Source: Camelus ferus
Lineage: Eukaryota
Assembly (NCBI RefSeq): GCF_009834535.1
Contig: NC_045696.1
Coordinates: 120,034,001 to 120,098,000, forward strand
Length of the DNA: 64,000 nt
Direction of reading: 5' to 3'
The notes beneath the pieces were generated by a model, which saw only the letters and a program-made list of their open reading frames with translations, searched no databases and was not told where the DNA came from. Within the stretch, counting starts at the first letter, position 1, and the number at the start of each line of letters is the position of its first letter. Made by a program: the position numbers and the translations under genes. Of the stretch, positions 62,081-64,000 are shown piece by piece.

Positions 62081-64000
62081 GTAGCCCGGGGTGGACTTGT
62101 TACATGCTGGTGTGGGGCTCTGGTGCCCAGAGAACAAGGCAGAAGCCGCATGGCCTCTTACGACCCAGACTTGGAGATCACCCATGTTCTACTGGTTCTC
62201 AGTGGGTAGAAAGGGGCAGGACATTGCCACCACCTCTTGATCAGGGAGGGCAATGAACAAGAGCACGTGGGCTGGAGTGATGGCCACACCAACTTCGGAA
62301 AACACAATTGACTGGAGTTCTCGTGTTGTCAATTACTCAGGGGGAGCAAAGCTCATAACTTTCAAGGAGACCAACTTGTTTAGTTTTCTTCTTTTTTTCT
62401 TGATGACTAAAATCTGCCAGTAAACTCATGTCTAATAAAACATTTCAGAGCTCCCATTCCAGGAAAGATGACAAACTTCACCTTGTATGGGGATTTTGTA
62501 TTAGTTTTGTACTAAAGAGTCACTTTATGAAAAAAAAAGTATATATACTGGCATCAGGGGACCCCAGGAATGCCCCATTCCACCCAGTCCTTTGAATTTT
62601 CCACTTTCTCCTTTCCTGTTCACTGAGAGGAACTTTTCCACTTTCTCTTCATCTTGGCCTGTTTGTCTAAAGAAGAAAAAGGTAAAGGGGTAGATTTAGG
62701 AGGATATTTAAAAATTTTTTTCTTTTAAGAAAATAATTCCTGAGTGGGTGCAAAAGGTTAAAAATGAAGAAATTTTCTTTTAGCCTATAAATCTCAAAAC
62801 ATTTAATTATTAAATATCTGCAGGCTGACTTTTCCATTAATCAATGTGTTAAATTCGGTCTCTTGAACACTTATGTTTATCAAGCGTTTACCTCCAGCCA
62901 CAGCCTGGTGGATTCAAAGAGGAGACAATACTCTTGCATGAAGTGAGCCTTCACCTTGGTGGCCAGAGGCACACAGAGTCGCCTTAGAGATTATCCCTGG
63001 TGGTTCATTCTGAGAAACGATGGTTGGATTTAGTGTTAGCAGCACTGCTTTCCATATAATATGGCCCCAAGGTCAGAGCCTGTGAACTATTTGTCTAGAA
63101 GGCAGCAACGACCACGGGTCTGTCTGTCTTTGGTTGGGGGGCGTGGCCAGGAAGGTTGTTAAGAAGCACTAGACACAGAGGTCAGACAGACGGGAACTCA
63201 CACACACACCTGCCCACGTGGGAGGGTGACCTCGATGAGTGTCACCACAAGAGGAGTGGGAAGTAGCTATGAGGTCCATATCAATAACCCCCGCCATGCT
63301 CTCTCCAAGTTCTTAGTGGATAGAATCTTCCAGAAAACTAGATGCTAATAAAACTTTCCTCCCTTTGTAAAGCGCTGACCTGGTTTGGGCTAGCTTTGTT
63401 CCATGACCGTCTCTTGGGTAGTTTTCTGGCTTTCTTATTTCTCGAGGAAAAAATGTTCTTAGGGACCCTATTTATGTAAAAAACCGAGTCCCAACTCCTT
63501 AGTGTGACATATACTCTGGGTGATGTGACCTCAGGCTGTTTGTCTTATTTCCTACTCCCACTGCCCTGCACACCAGATCAAGCTGTGAAGCCACGGACAT
63601 TCTGTCACCTCTGGGACTTTACTCGTCCTGTCCCTGCTGCTGACGTCTTGTTACCACCTCTTCCCAATTACACCTGGCTAGCTTCTCCTCCCTTAGGTCA
63701 CCTCCTCCAGGAAGCCTTCCCTGAATCCTCCCAATCTCCAACTGGATCAGGCTCTCCTTGCCTTCCCCAGTTATGGGACTGGTCACACTGCATCGTGATT
63801 CTCTCTTTGCCTGTCAGTCTCCCCACCTCCTCAGAAAGTTCCCTGAAAGAAAGGCCCAGAATCTTCTTTGTCAGTGCCTAGTGGATGCTTGACACGTAGT
63901 AGTTCTAAAGTATGTATTGGGTGGAAGAAGATACTTAACTGTAAGATTTTTAGAGTTTATAGTTTTCATGATTTATTACTAACATAATCAGGGTTAAAAG

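Noticed and set aside
50130..64000. COL6A4 or other + strand coding exons upstream of CAPN7
   Set aside because: I recognised no signal-peptide, VWA or Gly-X-Y exon; the listed ORFs fall in repeats or look random.

Overview
Mammalian genomic DNA, most likely a camelid (inferred from tRNA-Ala-derived Vic-1-like SINEs and cetartiodactyl-type L1 ends). It contains the last two coding exons and 3'UTR of SH3BP5 (+ strand, ~1-3.6 kb). These lie tail-to-tail with a complete, intact 21-exon CAPN7 (calpain-7) gene on the - strand: ATG at 49679, stop at 5375-5377, 813 codons, all introns GT-AG, and Cys290/His458/Asn478 present. CAPN7 has a CpG-island promoter near 49.3-50.1 kb. Intron 12 holds about 9 kb of rearranged antisense L1 sequence. 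The most unusual region is upstream of CAPN7 (50.7-59.5 kb). It holds a decayed, unprocessed duplicate of CAPN7 exon 5 with flanking introns (~52.9-55.3 kb), bracketed by an old ~1 kb inverted duplication (~50.7-51.9 kb vs ~58.6-59.5 kb). Smaller oddities include a candidate SINE-derived poison exon, an AG|GT recursive-type splice motif, a 20-bp templated patch inside a SINE, head-to-head L1 tails and a bidirectional poly(A) element. All alignments were done by eye. Repeat family names and comparisons to human proteins come from recalled sequences and need RepeatMasker or BLAST confirmation.
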